A stretch of DNA of 64,000 nucleotides, taken from the human T2T-CHM13v2.0 reference genome, Homo sapiens. The stretch is from assembly GCF_009914755.1 (NCBI RefSeq), contig NC_060928.1; one strand, written 5' to 3'. The notes beneath the pieces are model-generated. The model made no database searches. It saw nothing but the letters and a program-made list of their open reading frames with translations, and was not told the origin of the DNA. This document shows positions 12,833-29,987 of the stretch, piece by piece. Position 1 is the first letter of the stretch; every line of letters starts with the position of its first letter. Made by a program: the position numbers and the translations under genes.

Positions 12833-15800
12833 GATGGGCATCAAATCACAATAGTATTTCAATTCCTTTGATTATTTTAAAAGATTGACGTCACCACTTT
12901 TTTTGAATCAGTACATACAATGTGCTGAAATTAGATCCAATGTAACTAAATTTGTGATAAAAATATTTTATATTGACTTATAATTATGTATAAAGGATTC
13001 CATATTTTTAAAAAATTAGCAAGTATATAATGAAAACCATTAAAAATGTGGAAAAGTTATGAAGACCATAGTTAAAGAAATTAAAATGGAATTATTAGGG
13101 TTTTAAAAGAAGTGTAGGAGAGGTCAGTAAAAGAAAATACAGGTTTTCTTTTTGAGGTTAATTACTTGAGGTTAATTATGTGAGAAAGTGGAAAGGACTG
13201 AGAGAGTTGCATGGCTAGTGCTCATACGTCCTCAGTGGGTGTTTGTTGACTGACCAGTTTTTACAATGGTGTTTATTATGGGAAAAGTGAAATTTCTTTT
13301 GTTGTTTTTAAATTGATATATTATAGTTGTGCACATTGGGAAAGTTTCTGTCTATAAATCAAACAGTAGCAACACTGTCAATCACGTTTACATGCAGGCA
13401 ATATTTCAAAAATTTTTTTAGTTAAAAAACTTTCATTATCAACTCTAGAAAAGGTATAAAAAGATGGCTGTTTTTATGTACAGATAAGTTTGCATCAAGA
13501 TAAAAATAGACTTGAAAAACCAAACCAAACAAAAGAGAATTTTTCAGAATTCATTAAACTGGAGAGAGAGGAGGACATTAAATATAATAAATATCCTTCC
13601 TTTAGGTAAATTTTAGCTTTTATTTAAAAAGGTGAATAAAATACATTACGACATTTTCAAAATAAGATGCTGTAGACTAATTTAATCTAATTTGAAATTT
13701 TTAACATTTAGAATTTAGAATTTTAATATTTTTTATTTGGGGAAATTTCTTCCTTATAAAAATTCAACCCTTCCTGGTTGATGCTTAAGTATATTTTTTT
13801 CTTTTTTGTTTATGTGTTTTCATAAATAAATTGGTCTTCCATTTGAATCAATTTAGCCTGAGTACATATGTAGGACAGTAAATTATTTATTTTGAGGCTT
13901 TGTAGAATTTGAGGTCTCTGAGATTTTAACAGAATTGAGTCCTGCTCTGAACTCTAGAACTCCCTCTACACCAGATCTCTGGCTTCTCAAGATTCACTTC
14001 CCTTCTAACTATAGACATCCCTGTCAACAGAAGCTTTTTTGAGCAATTATTTTTCTCTCATATTTTACAGGACATTTCTCATATTAAAGAGTACAGGTGA
14101 ATAAGTGGATCTTTCTTATTCAAGTGAAAATATGTAAAGGAGCAAATTATTCAATTATAACACTTTACATGTCACTTAAACATGTGTTTTTAATTCAATT
14201 TCATAACATATTAGTCTGATGTAAGGCTAAATGAGATCAGGAACCAAAGACCACATCTCAGACTGAGGATAGTAATCTCAGTTGTTGATTATTAATTGTA
14301 AAATAGGAAAATTTATGCAACTAATAGTATTGTTTCAACATGAAATCTCCAAAATGTTTAAAGTTCTCTTTGTATACATAATAAAATGGAAACTAGGCAA
14401 AAAGAAATTGAATAAGGAGGAAATGTTATACATCTACATTTTGATGCATAAAATTTCATTTGAAATGTTCATTGCAATGTTATTTTTAATGAGAATTATT
14501 CTGATTTGCTGTACTATATGTAGGACATGCTATAATATACATGATTCTGAGAGAAACTGCCATACAGTATTATTGAAAGATAATACTATATGAGCTGAAT
14601 CACAAAATGTCAGGCTCAGAAGAAATTCCTCAGGGCTTTTAGACCAATAACTTGTACACCTTGGATCCTTCTTGAACATCTCCTGTAAGAGATGACTAGT
14701 CTAGGTTTCACCACATTTATTGAGGGGATCTTATCTCAATACAAAGTATTTCAAAATACTGTTACCAAGACTAATTTGTAAGCATTCAAAATACTTAAAT
14801 GAATCAAAAGAAATAAAATGATATCTATTCTATTATATATTTAAAATATACCACATCATTAGAGTATTTTAAAAAATTGAGAACCTAATGAGAGTAAGGA
14901 AATCAAAGGATAACAAATGATATCACAACTTTAGGGGTAACCTTTTTAAAAAAATGTATCTCAAACTAGTACCAGATTATAGTTTTGTTAAATATGCTCT
15001 ATTTTGTTATGTATTATTTTATACTTATTTTCAGAGATACTCTCAGTTATTGTTTTCCAACTATTATAAAATGAAGATTATAATGAAATTCATAGGAAAC
15101 AAATTTGGCTCCTTAGAGCAATCTTTAGAGTATGTGACAAATGGAGTTTTAAAAATTGATCCATTGTCATAATGAATATACTTCCTTGCCTCTGTGTAAA
15201 GCATTTAATGTGATGTTTTAAATGTCATACTCTTTAACTTTATCTCTCACTTATGTATTCATTCAACGATTAGTCACTGTCAACTATGTCAGGCAATGTG
15301 TTCTTCCTCCCCTTCAGTAACTTACAGCTTAATCTGGAAAAAAAATAGTAAATTACTAATATAAGTGAAATAAATGTTAAAATAAGGATAGTCATGAGAG
15401 ACTGAGAATATAGAGGAGAAACAACTAACTCAACTTTAGTTGTCATGGAAGGTTTAGTGTTCTAGACAAGAGAGTGACATTTTTAGATTCAAGCTTTGAA
15501 AACATCACAGAAGCTGTAGTGTGGAAAAGTTGAGTACTACAGAAAATGGAGAGAGATGGAGACAGTGGGAAGATTATATTGAGGAGAATGGAGATATAGT
15601 AAATTTGCAGGAGACTAAAAAGGAAGCTTTGATAGAGCTGGCATTTAATTGAATGAAGGGTTATTGAAAACAGACAAATCAAAGATGAAATATTGGTCTA
15701 GACCCCTAGTTACTGCTGATCTTTTTTGTTAAAAGAGTATCATAGAGGATAACAGTTTGCTAATCCAACAGATTAATATAATGTATTATTTTCTTCCTTA

Positions 15801-15893
15801 AATTCCCGTTCACTTAACATGCCCTATTATTTTGTATTAATATACAATTTCTGGGTCTTCAAGAAAGTATTTTAGTGTTTAAAGAGATAGGTT

Positions 15894-16206
<313 letters not shown>

Positions 16207-16321
16207 TCACAGGACATTTGAAAATCTATTTTACATTTTTCAACACAGTCATATTGAGAATTCAGAGGAAGAGGCTGCTATTTATTTCTAGAGAGGAGAC
16301 TCAAGAGGAATTAACAAATCA

Positions 16322-19112
16322 ACATTTAAAGAAGAACTAATACCAACCCTACAAAAACTATTCTGAAAAATAGAGGAGGAGGGAATACCTCCAAACTCAT
16401 TCTACAAGGCCAGTATCACCCTGATACTAAAACCAGAAAAAAAAGGAAAACTATAGGTCAGTATTGCTTATATATTTTGATGCAAATATCCTCAACAAAA
16501 TACAAGCAAACCAAATTCAACAATACATTAGAAAGATCATTCACCATGACCAAGTGGGATTTATCCCTGGAATGTGAGCATGGTTCAACATATGTGAATC
16601 AACAATGTGATACATCATATCAACAGAACGAAAGATAAAAACCATGAGATCACTTCAATTGATGCTGAAAATATATTTGATAAAATGTAACATCCCTTCA
16701 TCATAAAAACCCTAAAAAAACAGAATATAGAAGGAATATACCACAAAACAATAAAAGCCATATATGATAGATCCACAGCTAGTATCAGACTGAATGTGGA
16801 AAACCTGAAAACCTTTTCTCTAAAATCTGCAACAAGACAAGAATGCTCACTTTCACCACTGTTATTTAACATAGAACTGGAAGACTGAAGACCTAGCTAT
16901 AGCAATGAGACAAGAGAAAAAATAAAGTGTATTTGAATTGGACAGAAAGAAGTCAAATTATCCATGTTTTCAGATAATATGATCTTATATTTGGGTAAAC
17001 CTAAAGACCCCACCAAAAAACTGTTAGAACTAATAAACAAATTCAGTTAAGTTGCAGGATACAATACCAAAATAGAAAAATCAGTAGCATCTCTATATGC
17101 CAACAGTGAACAATCTGAAAAAGAAATCAAGAGAAAGTAATACTATTTACAGTAGCTACAAATAAAATAAGATACCTATGAATACACTTAATCAAAGAAG
17201 TGAAAGATCTCAACAATGAAAACTATAAAACATTTATGTAAAAAATTGAAGAGGACACACACAAAAAATGGAAAGATATTCCAACTTCATGAATTGGAAT
17301 AATCAATATTGTTAAAACATTCATACTACCCCAAGCAATCTACAGATTCAATGCAATCCCTATCAAAATACCAATGACATTTTTTATGTAAGTAGAAAAA
17401 AAATTGAAGTTTATATGAAAACACAAAAGACGTTGAATAGCCAAAGCTATTCTAAGTAAACAAAACTGAAGAAATCACATTACCTGACTTCAAATTATAT
17501 TACAGAGCTACAGTAAACAAAACAACATGGTACTGGCATAAAAACAGTAATATAGACCAATTAAACAGAATATATAACCTAGAAACAAATCCAGACAACT
17601 ACCGTGAACTCATTTTTCACAAAGGTACCAAGAATATACACTGGGGAAAAGACAGTCTCTTCAACAAATGATTCTGGGAAAACAGGATATCCATGTGCAG
17701 AAGAATGAAACTAGGCCCCTATATCTTGACACTTGCAAATCAAATCAAAAAGGATTTAAAAATTAAAGACTTCAAACTATAAATCTACTACAAGAAAACA
17801 TTGGGAAAAGTCTCCAGGAGATTGGACTAAGCAAAGATTTTTTGAGTAATATCCCACAAGCACAGGCAAGCAAAGCAGAAATGAACAAATGAAATCACAT
17901 TAAGTTAAAAAGCTTCTGCACAACAAAGGATACAATCAACAAAGTGAAGAGACAACCCACAGAATGAGAAAAAATATTTGCAAACTACCCATCTGACAAG
18001 GGATTAATAACCATAATATATATAAGGACCTCAAACAACTCTACAGAAAAAAAAAAATCTAATAATCTGATCCAAAAAAATGGGCAAAAGATTTGAATAG
18101 ACATTTTTCAAAAGAAGGCATACAAATGGCAAATAGGTATATGAATAGGTATTCAACATCATTGATTATCAGAGAAATGCAAATCAGTACTACAATGAGA
18201 TATCTCATTCCAGTTAAAATGGCTTATATAAAAAAGACAGGCAATAACAAATACTGGAGAGGATGTGGAGAAAAGGGAACCTCTGTACACTGTTGGTGGG
18301 GATGTAAATTAGGACAACCACTATGAAGAACAGTTTGGAAATTCCTCAAAACATTACAAACTGAGCTACCATATGATATGGCAATCCCAGTGCTGGGTAT
18401 GCAACCCCCCAAAAATAAATCGGTATATCGAAGAGATACCTGCACTCCTATATTTGTTGCAGCACTTCTGCACTCCTATGTTTGTTGGAACACTGTTTAT
18501 AATAGCTAAGTTTTGGAAACAACCTAAGTGTCCATCAACAGATAAACAGATAAAAAAAATGTGGTACATATACACAATGGAGTACTATTCAGCCATAAGA
18601 AAAAATGAGATCCAGTCATCTTCAACAACATGAGTGGAACTGTAGATCGTTATGTTACGTGAAATAAGCCAGGTACAGAAAGACAAACATCTTATGTTCT
18701 CACTTACTTGTGCGATCTAAAAATAAAAACAATTGAACTCATGGACATAGAAAATGGAAAGATGTTACCAGGGGCTGGGAATCATAGTAGGGGGTTGTAG
18801 GAGGAGATGGGTATGGTTAATGGGTATAAAAAATAGTCAGAAAGAATGGATAAGACCTTCTATTTGATAGCACAACAGAGTGACTATAGTTAATAATAAC
18901 TTAATTGTACATTTTAAAATAAAGAGTATCATTGGATTGTATGTAACTCAAAGGATAAATACTTGAGGAGATAGACACCCCATTCTCTGTGATGTGCTTG
19001 TTTCACATTGCAAGTCTGTGTCAAAACATCTCATATAACCCATAAATATATGCACCTACTATGGACCCACAAAAATTTCATAATAAATAAATGAATAAAT
19101 AAAAAATTTGAA
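16322..19112 (+). mobile_element. 5'-truncated L1 (L1MA1/2-like), disrupted ORF2 and 3' UTR
   Basis: L1 ORF2 peptides ([17 protein letters not shown]..., WKQPKCPSTDK); TSD aagag(g/a)aattaacaaatca at 16303-16321 and 19113-19131. Confidence 0.95.
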
Positions 19113-19259
19113 AAGAGAAATTAACAAATCACATGAGAAACATTCATGCCCTGGGTTAGTCCACTTGTAATGTCCGACATTTGAATGTTTTATTTTTTCC
19201 CACTGATAAAAAAGTTGCTTTTGCATATGCAGTCATTATATATCATAGTAGTAGTATCC

Positions 19260-19420
19260 CTGGGGCTATCTGGATTCAAATCCTGGCTCTGCCACTTCCT
19301 ATCTTACTGTGGACAAATTGTTTAACCTCTCTTAGGCTCAGGTTTCACATTAGTAAACTAGAGATAATTTCACAGGGTACTTGTAAGGACTAAAAGATAT
19401 AATGTACATAAAGTATTTGG
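19260..19420 (+). mobile_element. MIR
   Basis: ctggattcaaatcctggctctgccactt...aacctctct...ctcaggtttc. Confidence 0.7.
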
Positions 19421-21749
19421 AACTTTATAATTATTCAATTAATAATTATTATTAAACAATCTAAAGTTGGTTTTATTTAGATGCATGGAAGTGGGCATAA
19501 AATATTTATTAAAAACCTTGGAGATTTTCCTAAAAAAGTTTTTGATGGAGTTTATATATATATATGCTGAAGGACAAATGATTAATAATATCAATATTGT
19601 CTCCATGTATAGACCATACAAATACATTATATAAATATAAAATACATATATATGCATATGTTTATACATATACATATATAAACCTTACTAAATTTAACGA
19701 AATGCCTAATATTACAAGTTCATATAGAGATAATGAGATTTATCTCCACAACATTCTCCATAAATACTCACTTACCTACCCTTGAACTGGCTACCAAGTC
19801 ACTGTCTTGATTCTATTCTTTCCATTAATATCTTTCCTTGATTTCCTAGCTGGATTTTTTCTCTTTTATATAGTGATAGCATACTTTGAGATACTAGTCT
19901 TTTTCCACCTTGATTACAGCTGATATTGGGCTCATTTATTTCCCTTTCGACAACTAAATCTCCCTAAAGCAAGACCCATGATTTAAAGTATCTTTGCATT
20001 AATCATTATCAGTTTGTACAATATTCTAGACAATTTACATTATTAACAAATATTGGTGAATGGATGAATAAGCAATATTTCTGAGCTTGTGTTTTGTCCA
20101 GACTCAAATTCCTATGGAACCAAGCAGTTAACAACAAGAAAATGAGTGAATCAGGCTAAATGTATGTTAACAGAGCATTGCAGGAAGTGAGTTAAGTTGA
20201 AAGTGCATAACTTGCTTAAAACAGACACAACTCAGCCCCTGACCGAGTTGTACAGATTCCCTGTAGGAATGTCAGACCAGTGTTGTTAGTTCATCTGATT
20301 TCTCAAGAAAGACACAAATTACTAAATTACATATCATATTTTTAAATGTTGCAAACATTTGAATGCTTCAGACCCCCCAAAATTATTCAAGTTATGGGAC
20401 AACATTTAGCCATCATTTACACTACGAAGTGTGTTGAGTGAGCCAGATGCTCAAAAGTCATTTTTTTTTTCCTTTTTCCTCTCTTCTTTCTTCCCAACAG
20501 GTCTCTGACTCTTACCCCAGATGCCCTTTCTTCTAATATCTTCTCACATATTAAATTACCTCCTACCTCCATCTCCCATATTTTCAGGTGTGATCCCATA
20601 AACAGAGGTAGTCTGCCTACAGATGTCATCACCATTTGACTACTTTCAAAACCAAGTATCTGATCTCATAACAGGTGGTTGCAGAAGGAAATTTAAGGAT
20701 GAAGATCAAGGAAGATTTTGGATTATTGTTTGCATCAGTGAACAGGACATAGTGTAGGGCAAATGTCCTCTTGTCATTAAAGGGAAAGGATAGGTTTGAA
20801 CCTCATGGGCTACGAGATAAGATAGAGACAAAATATATTGTGAAATGGAATTAAGTCTAAAAGCAAAAACTTGGTGAAACTGATTTCTGATTGGGATTGC
20901 CAGGGACCTCAACAGCTTGTGTGGTCCTGAGCCAGTCATGTACTGGTTATGCATGATCTATGGTTGCTACTTGGAAATTTCAATCATATTTAACAACCAT
21001 ATTAGTTTTCTGAATATTACATATAAATATTACTTTTAGAATTACATTTTTGAAATGGAAGTGCATTTTTTATTATCTAAAACAGCTGATCTATGTCCAT
21101 ATTCATAAAGTGAGACATAATAGCATTATTCATATCACTTCATTACTTTTGTATCTCTATTCCTTTCCAAATATTAAAAAATACAATATTGTTTTTCTGA
21201 GCTTACTTGATACTTAAATCTTGAGAAGATTAACTATTAATAACTTTGTCAAATTATAATTTTAACTGTGAGAACCTGATATATCAATATTAGATCAGTA
21301 GTAGAATAACATTTGATTAGACCATATAATTTGAATAATTTTCTACTTCTTCCCTCTTCAATACTTTGAGATTTCAAATTGAAAGAACATATGTGAAATA
21401 AGTACAATCTGCTTATAGTTTAAAGTATAGTTAATCTATGTCATGAATTAAAAGAGCAATTTGTTCTTTTTTCCCATTTACTTGTTTAATTTTGGCTGAA
21501 GGAAGATACCAATGCTAGAGACCTCATGTCAGGGAAATATTCCTTGCAAAAAATTTCCTGGTTCTGTCTACTTTAAAATAGTTGCCAGCGAGTTCAGAAC
21601 ATTCCTAGGAAATACTTGTATTTATTTTCTGAACACTTTATCTGTAACATCTTAATTTCCTAATGCATCATTTTAATACTTTTCATTATTTCAAACTCAT
21701 GAATTATTGTATGCTAAAGACAAAAACTATTTTCATCATCATTTCCTTA

Positions 21750-22334
<585 letters not shown>

Positions 22335-25300
22335 CTAACTTTTGATTTGGATATTGTTTGTCTTTTTACTTTTGAAAATCTATTTATTTGCCCAATACTA
22401 TGCTTTAGATTATTAGATTCCATTAGTAGACAACACTGCAAAAAAGACTCATCTTGTGGTAGTTATGTTGTAAAGGAGTATAGGTAGAAAAAAATGTTAA
22501 TACATAAATTAGAAAGTATGCATTAGACTACAGGATGGTAAAGGATATTGAAGAGAAAAAGAGAGAAAGAAAAGAAAAGAAAGTAAGTAAAGGAACAGAA
22601 AAGCAGGCTACAGGGCATTGGTATGGTGAGTAGTGATGGAGCTGTGAAGTCACATTGAGGTGCCACAGTGATAGGGCTGTGAGATGTCAATGAGACTAAG
22701 GTGCATGTCACACAGTATTTTTTAAATGGAAAATGAGATTACTTATCTTTGCTACCAATTTATTTATAATTTCATTCAACAAAGTATTATAATTAGATTT
22801 TTTATACTAAATTGTTTCCTAAAAGAATCTATTTAATAACATGGGCTCATAATACAAACATTTTCATTTTCATTTTTTTAAATCTGAATGAAGTAAAGGA
22901 ATTTGGAATAATTTTTGTTTGGTTTTAGATAAGCAAAAAGGACTATTCTTGTTTAAAACCATCAGGTATATATACGCCAGGGAATGGAAGTCTCCAGAAT
23001 ATTAGAGGATTTTGAAACTTCTTTCTGACTCATCTTGAACTGTTGCTCCTGGCATTTCCCCTGGGGATTGCATTAAAATTTCTTCATATTGAATTTCTTT
23101 TCTTGCTTTATTTTTTCCAAGCATGAATACAGGCTTTCCTCCACTCTTCAAGATATCATTACACAAAGCTGTTGAATATTTTATCATTTCTCCGCACTTG
23201 ATATCAGAAGGGAATATTTCAGAAAAAAACACACATACTAAAACCAAATTATGACAAAGTTGGTAAAATCTATGAGGTAAACTCCAATAGTCTCTCAGGA
23301 GACATCATTTTTCTTGTCCATGTCTTAGAGCCATATGTTGGAATTTACCTCTTTTTAAATGAGTTATTCATATCCTGTCACCTCTAGCTAAATTCAAGAC
23401 TCTCATATCCTTGTTTCAAGGTGACTGTTGAAAGCCAAAACTCAACTAGCATATAAACATTGTCTTCACTCATAACAGAAACTCTTTTACTTCATCTTGC
23501 AGAACAGTTTAACAGATCTTAAACCTAAATTTAATCAGTCAAGACACTGCTACATCTTTGCTAAATTAAACAAGTTTTTATGAGTCACAAAAAAATAGAG
23601 AAATGTCTGCCTTTATTTTATTTTAAAGAACATTTTTATCTTACCCAATTATACTAGGATATGTGGCTTGATTTTCAACTGATGTCTATTTTATACCTCA
23701 ACTCCTTTTTTTTCATTATTTGTTACTTCTTTCATCTAAAGATCTGTATATTTCAAGAGTTTGAGAAAAAATGGTGCAAAGGTAGAAAGATGAAAAAGCA
23801 AAAGTAAGTTTGAGAAATAGCAATTGGGCAGTTGACTGAAGCAGAGGATGGTAAGGAGCGAATTGCGAGAATTCATCACAAAGATAATTTTGTGACAAAG
23901 AAAATATATGTGAATAATGCCAAGTTTAGACACAATTCACCAGATGCTGTGTATGGAATAAAATAGAAACTTGAGAAGACAAAAGGTGCAAGTTGTAAAA
24001 AGTTCTACTCTGTAATGCAGAAGATTGAGTTGTATCAATTGTGTTCAAATCACCAACCTGGAACAATGATTTGTTCATTCACAGGATCCTATAAATAACC
24101 ATGTAACAATGTCATTGCCTTAGTTCTGCCTTTTGAAATTAACATTTTATATAGTGTCTAGAAACAAATGCAATATTATCTTTTTTTATTTAGTATGTTT
24201 TCTATTTTTATCTTTGTAGTCTGAAGAATTCAGACTATCCTTTGCTTTCCAAGTCTGACCCTGACTAGCTACCTCAATTGCCTGAAACAGAAAATTGAAT
24301 AATTAACAAAACGATGTTCCGTAATCTTAGAAAAGTTACATTAAATGATTGTGTTTAAATGTGTAGGTTTTTTTTGTTTTGTTTTGTTTGTTTTTTGTTT
24401 GGTTTATTTCTGGCACATGCTTTTTTTCCACAGGTTTTCAAAGAGGCATTGAAGATGAAAACATTTTTGGTTATTCTATTATTGCTTCCAGCAAAGCTTT
24501 TAGTTTTCCTCTGAATGTTTCTATATGCTCTATTTATTTGTTATATTTATTTTCCAGTTGCTTTACCTACTTTGATCATAGCATGAACTGGAGTCAGACA
24601 AAGGTTTCTATGTTTTCCACTTCAACCCTCAACTTATTTATACCACAAAAATTTGAAGATGAAATTGTTTCTTCTTCAAATTCAGCATAATCTGAATCAT
24701 AATATAAAATATAAGAATTAACATTTTATATTATTTCCTTCGCAGGATATGTACCAGCAACATGGTATTAATTTTATCACCATCAAAAATTTTAATGAAC
24801 CTCTGCCATTGTCACTTTGGTAAAAAGCATCCTACTAGATAAAAACAGCTGAATTAAATTAGAAAAACATAGTCAGGTATTGCTAAATTGCCTTATGGAT
24901 AGCTACATAGATATTCTTTCTACATATATATTTAAGTATATATATAATATACTTATATACTTAAGTATATATTTAAGTATGCATGTATACTGGAATATAC
25001 ATACATATTTATGTATATATATTCTGTCTTTTATTTTCTATGTGAAGAGAGTAGTGGTAGAGGCCTGCTAGTCACCCTAGGTATGCATGCTCTTGGTTTT
25101 CAAAGAATTTCTCAATTTAAACAGGTTATTAAAATTATTTATTAAACTACACATATTTTAACTAACTAAATCACAACTTTACTTGTGGACAGTCTGAATT
25201 TCCTAACGGAATAAAACTTGGCATCTCTAATCTAATACCCAATACACAGTGTTTGGCATTGTGTCATTTTATGGACATGAGCACTACTTCTGTAAGGAGG

Positions 25301-26209
25301 AACAGCTCTACGTCTGCCAGAAACTTTGTTTCAATAGTTAAAGGAGAATATTATGTGAAGTGCATTAATAATCTTTAATTTACTCTTTTTGCTTGTGCAA
25401 CATGATTTTATTGCTATATGACTGTACTACAGTATAATTCTACTGCTATGATAATATTATATACAATTCTGTTGTTATTATAATATTACAGCCAGAATAT
25501 TTCTCTGATTACTCAATTTAAGTGACCCAATATGATTACTGGGACATTAGATCTCTATAAGCAATCAAGTTTATCGTAAGCAGTTTTTTTTTTTCTTGAC
25601 CTTCTGTCCTCAGAGTCTGTAATGTCTAATTTAATTGGTCTATTTATGTATTCGTTCATTCAACAATAATGTGTTAGTTGAATCTGCCTGGTAGTCCACA
25701 TTTCTAGACCAAAGATAAGGGATTTATCTTTATTACCACAAAAATTATGATTTCTCTCAGCTATGAGATAATATAACCTATAGACTACACCAGATGCTGG
25801 AAATTTAAAAGTCTATTTTTTTCCTAACAACTTCCAGAAGCTCTTGCTCCATGGTCTATCCCCCATTTGTGTTATGGCCAATGAACACCTCCTGTCTTAA
25901 TAACTTTCAACTTGAACTAAAACTTCTTTTCCCTTGGGGATTGATCATTTTTTTTCAGGATGACAAGTGAGAAATTATGCATAGACTTGGAAATAGAAAA
26001 CACGAACCACTGAAAGGCCGCCAGGATGTCATTACAGGAAAAGAAATCTGTGTGGAACTTCTAGCATCAGAAAGTGACAGCATATGACAACCAAGGCAGA
26101 TTTAAAAATTTGAGATGCACCAATAAGATTCCTTCCTAGTTATTTGTACTAGAATTTCCCAGTATTTTCAGGAGATGTAATTGATAAGTCAAAAAGAAAG
26201 AGTTTTCAA

Positions 26210-26544
<335 letters not shown>

Positions 26545-27911
26545 CTATGCCTTTTTACCTTTCTCTTAGAAATTTGTACAACAGATTAGTAAATCAAAGG
26601 CTCTAAAAACCCTGGTACTGAAGGAAAAAAAAAAAAGCTCTTATAGCATTTAAGCCAACACTTGTTAAATGTATTTGATTACAGTGATTTTTTCCTTTTT
26701 ACCTAGTCACATTTAGATATTTAGTTTGCAAAATGTAGATTAGAGTTGGAAGTTTAGCACCACAGAGAAGAATATACGTAACTACCTCAAGACACCTATA
26801 AAACTACTGATTATTAATTACACAGTTTTTTTGTGTGTGTTTTGTTTTTGTTTTGTTTTGCCCTGCAGGATTCTTAACATGGGATAACTCTGACTGCTAA
26901 GAAAGAAAGCCACATTGTTTCAAAGCATGTCTCTCAAGGATTGTGATTTCTCATCCAACTTTTTGGAAATATGGAAAATATCCCATCTTACCTTAACTAC
27001 TCTCACATTTGTAAGGATGAAAATACCTTTCATGGTGCATGAAAAATAAAAATACTATTTCAGTAATCCTTTATCATAGATTTAAGAAAAAGTCATATTT
27101 TTTCAAAAGAAGGCATTTTTCCAACAGTGTTTCTTCAGATCTCAAAAGCAGTAAGAAGCCAGAAAAACATGTGATTCCAGAGCACTCCAAATTTCAAGTT
27201 TATTAAGTAAATTATAGTCAGCAATGTTATTCTATAATATATTAATAACTTAGAAAATAAAATGCAGAGATGTTATTATTTATTTCATCTCAATCTATGG
27301 GGACACATTTATCTCTGTATTCTATATGTATGTTTCCAAGCATGGTACTAGGTATAAATGTCAAGACAAAAGATTCTCACATTTTAATAGAGAAGTCCAA
27401 AAATAAAGAAGTAAACAAGTATATACTATGTTTACAATATAATAAATAACATGTAGTTGTTGTCTACAATATCTACTCTCTTATAAATGTGATCTAATTA
27501 CAAAATTTACTATTCTCTAAAGTAAAACTCTCTTATGTGTTACTTACCCCCTTTATCAATAAATGCAATTTTAACCACAGCTTATGCATACTGGTAACGC
27601 TAAATTTGTGTTACTTTATGTATCACAAGAATTTGCTATAATTCATCAAACATAAGTGATTTGAAGATTATTTAAATTACTTACTGTTTTACTTATCAGC
27701 AGAAGTAATTGGAAGATTTCCATGTTTGACTAGGATTTATACTGTGCAAATCCTCAAACTTCTAGTTTTAAATAGCTCTCAGAATGTCTTTTGGAGATGT
27801 TGATTTGCTCTATTATGTGTGATCTTAGTGTGATGGTATGTGTACTACCTGATTTCCTGCTATGCAAGCTAAAAAAACCAAATCTTAATTCTCCATGCTT
27901 TGTTATAGCCA

Positions 27912-28492
27912 TGTATGGTTAATATCAGTTGTCAACATGGTTGGATTGAAGGATGCCTAAGTGGTTGGTAAAGTATTGTTTCTGGGTATGTCTGTGAGGG
28001 TGTTGCCAGAGGAGACTGACATTTGACTCAGTGGACTGGAAGAGGAAGACCGACCTTCAGTGTGGGTGGACACCACCAAAACAGCTGCCAGCACAACTAG
28101 AATAAAACAGCCTGAAGAAGGTAGCATAGCTTTTCTTGCTGAGTCTTCTGGCTTCCTTCTTTCTCCTGTGCTGAATGCTTCTTTCCACTCCTCCTGCCTT
28201 TGGACGTCAGACTCTAGGTTCTTTATCCTTTGGACACTGGGACTTGCACCAGCGGTTTGTGGGGACCCTTGGGCTTTTGGCCACAGACTGATCGCTGCAC
28301 TGTTGGCTTCCCTGGTTTTGAGGCTTTTGGACTTGGACTCAGCCACTACCAGTTTCTGTCTCTCCCAGTTTTCAGATGGCCTATTATGGGACTTTGCCTT
28401 GTGCTTTTGTGAGCCAATTCTCCCTAATAAACTCATATATATATATACATATAAAATTGGTTCTGTCCCTCTGGAGAACCCTGATTAATCCA
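27912..28492 (+). mobile_element. MLT2 (ERVL) solo LTR
   Basis: TG...CA ends; tgtatggttaatatcagttgtcaac...ggttctgtccctctggagaaccctgattaatcca; 5-bp TSD AGCCA. Confidence 0.92.
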
Positions 28493-28940
28493 AGCCAGAA
28501 TGACCCAGAGAATCAGATCCTCTCTCCTGGTAGTGCAAATCTTTATTGAATAACCCAAAGGGAATGACAAGTTTTTATATTTTGGCCCAACTGCTCTGTA
28601 ATGCTCAAACTATTCCAATGAGATACCCTTGTTGTTCTATCTTACACCTTTCAGAGATACCTTGATTACTTAATATAAAATCTCAGTAATTCTGAATTCT
28701 CCTCTGCAATAACCTTTTCCTCAAGACAGCCAGAGCTGCTTTCTGTTACTTACAACCAACAACCAACCCTTGGGGTTAGAAAAGACTCCTGCATTCTGTA
28801 ATAAATATGAGGGGAAATTTAGATGCTAAGAGGAAAGTGATGAGTATGATCCAGGATATAGGCAAATGGTGAAACTTTGAGGTACGCATGTATCTAACAT
28901 TTTCCTAACCACCTAGGAAGTGATACTTCAACAGTACCAC

Positions 28941-29300
28941 TGCTATAGTTCAGGTATTTGTGTCTCCACAGAGTCCATGCATCAAAATCTAATCCCCAGT
29001 GTAATAGTTTAAGAAGTTGAGGCCATTGGGAGATGATTAGGCCATGATGGCCCTGTATGCATAAATGACATTAGTACCTTTATAAAAGAGACAAAAGAGA
29101 GCTAGCTAGTTTCTTCCACCACATGAGGATGCAGGAAGAAGGTGCCTTCTATCAGCAATGCGCCCTCACCAGATGTCAGACCTGCTAATATCTTAACCTT
29201 GGACTTCTCAGCCCCCAGAACTGTGAGAAATATCTTTATTTTGTGTATAAACCACTCAATCTATGGTATTTTGTTATAGCAGCCTGAAGGGATGAAGACA
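28941..29300 (+). mobile_element. MaLR (MLT1A-like) solo LTR
   Basis: TG...CA ends; cttggacttctcagcccccagaactgtgagaaata; 5-bp TSD ACCAC. Confidence 0.88.
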
Positions 29301-29987
29301 ACCACCAAGCTGAATGGCTTTAGGTTACCCAGGATCTCCAATGGCAGTATACATACCACAAGCCTACCCTGTCCAGACTGTGTTCTGCTTACTGATCTGT
29401 CGAAATCCTCTCTGGCCACCAAATTCTAGATGTCCCTTTTCTCTCGCCAGCATAGTCCTAATCGCTTCTAGGTTACCTATTCTAAAAACCAAAGCAATAT
29501 TTTTATAATTACTGAATATAGAAAGTTAATTTATATCTTGATTGGGGCAACTGACTGACTATCAAATTATGAGATATGAAGCAAGCAAATAAACAAAATC
29601 TAAAACCAGATTAATATATGTGATATAAAACTATTGGCCATATAGACTAAATAAATTTTGATTTAACAGTAAGATGAAATGTTGTAGAGCCATTCAATGG
29701 GATTGTATAGAACTGTGATTTTCCAGGTTTGGTTCTTAGGGCTTTAAAAGAGCCCCAGAAAATGAAAAGGTCAATATTTAATCAGTAAGGAAAAATAGTC
29801 CAACCAAAAAGTTTACAACTATTTGTTTTATGTTTTGAATTTTGAAGAATGAGATCAACTGCTTAAAATTTGCTGAAAATTAATAATCTGTAAAAATGAC
29901 TGAGAAAATGATGATATAAGAAAAAGTGAAAATAAGCGATTTATGCAATTATATGTAATGTCATATACACGAGCTTCATATACATAA

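Noticed and set aside
27957-28488. Overlapping 159-aa and 142-aa ORFs
   Set aside because: Inside the MLT2 LTR; no recognisable protein similarity.
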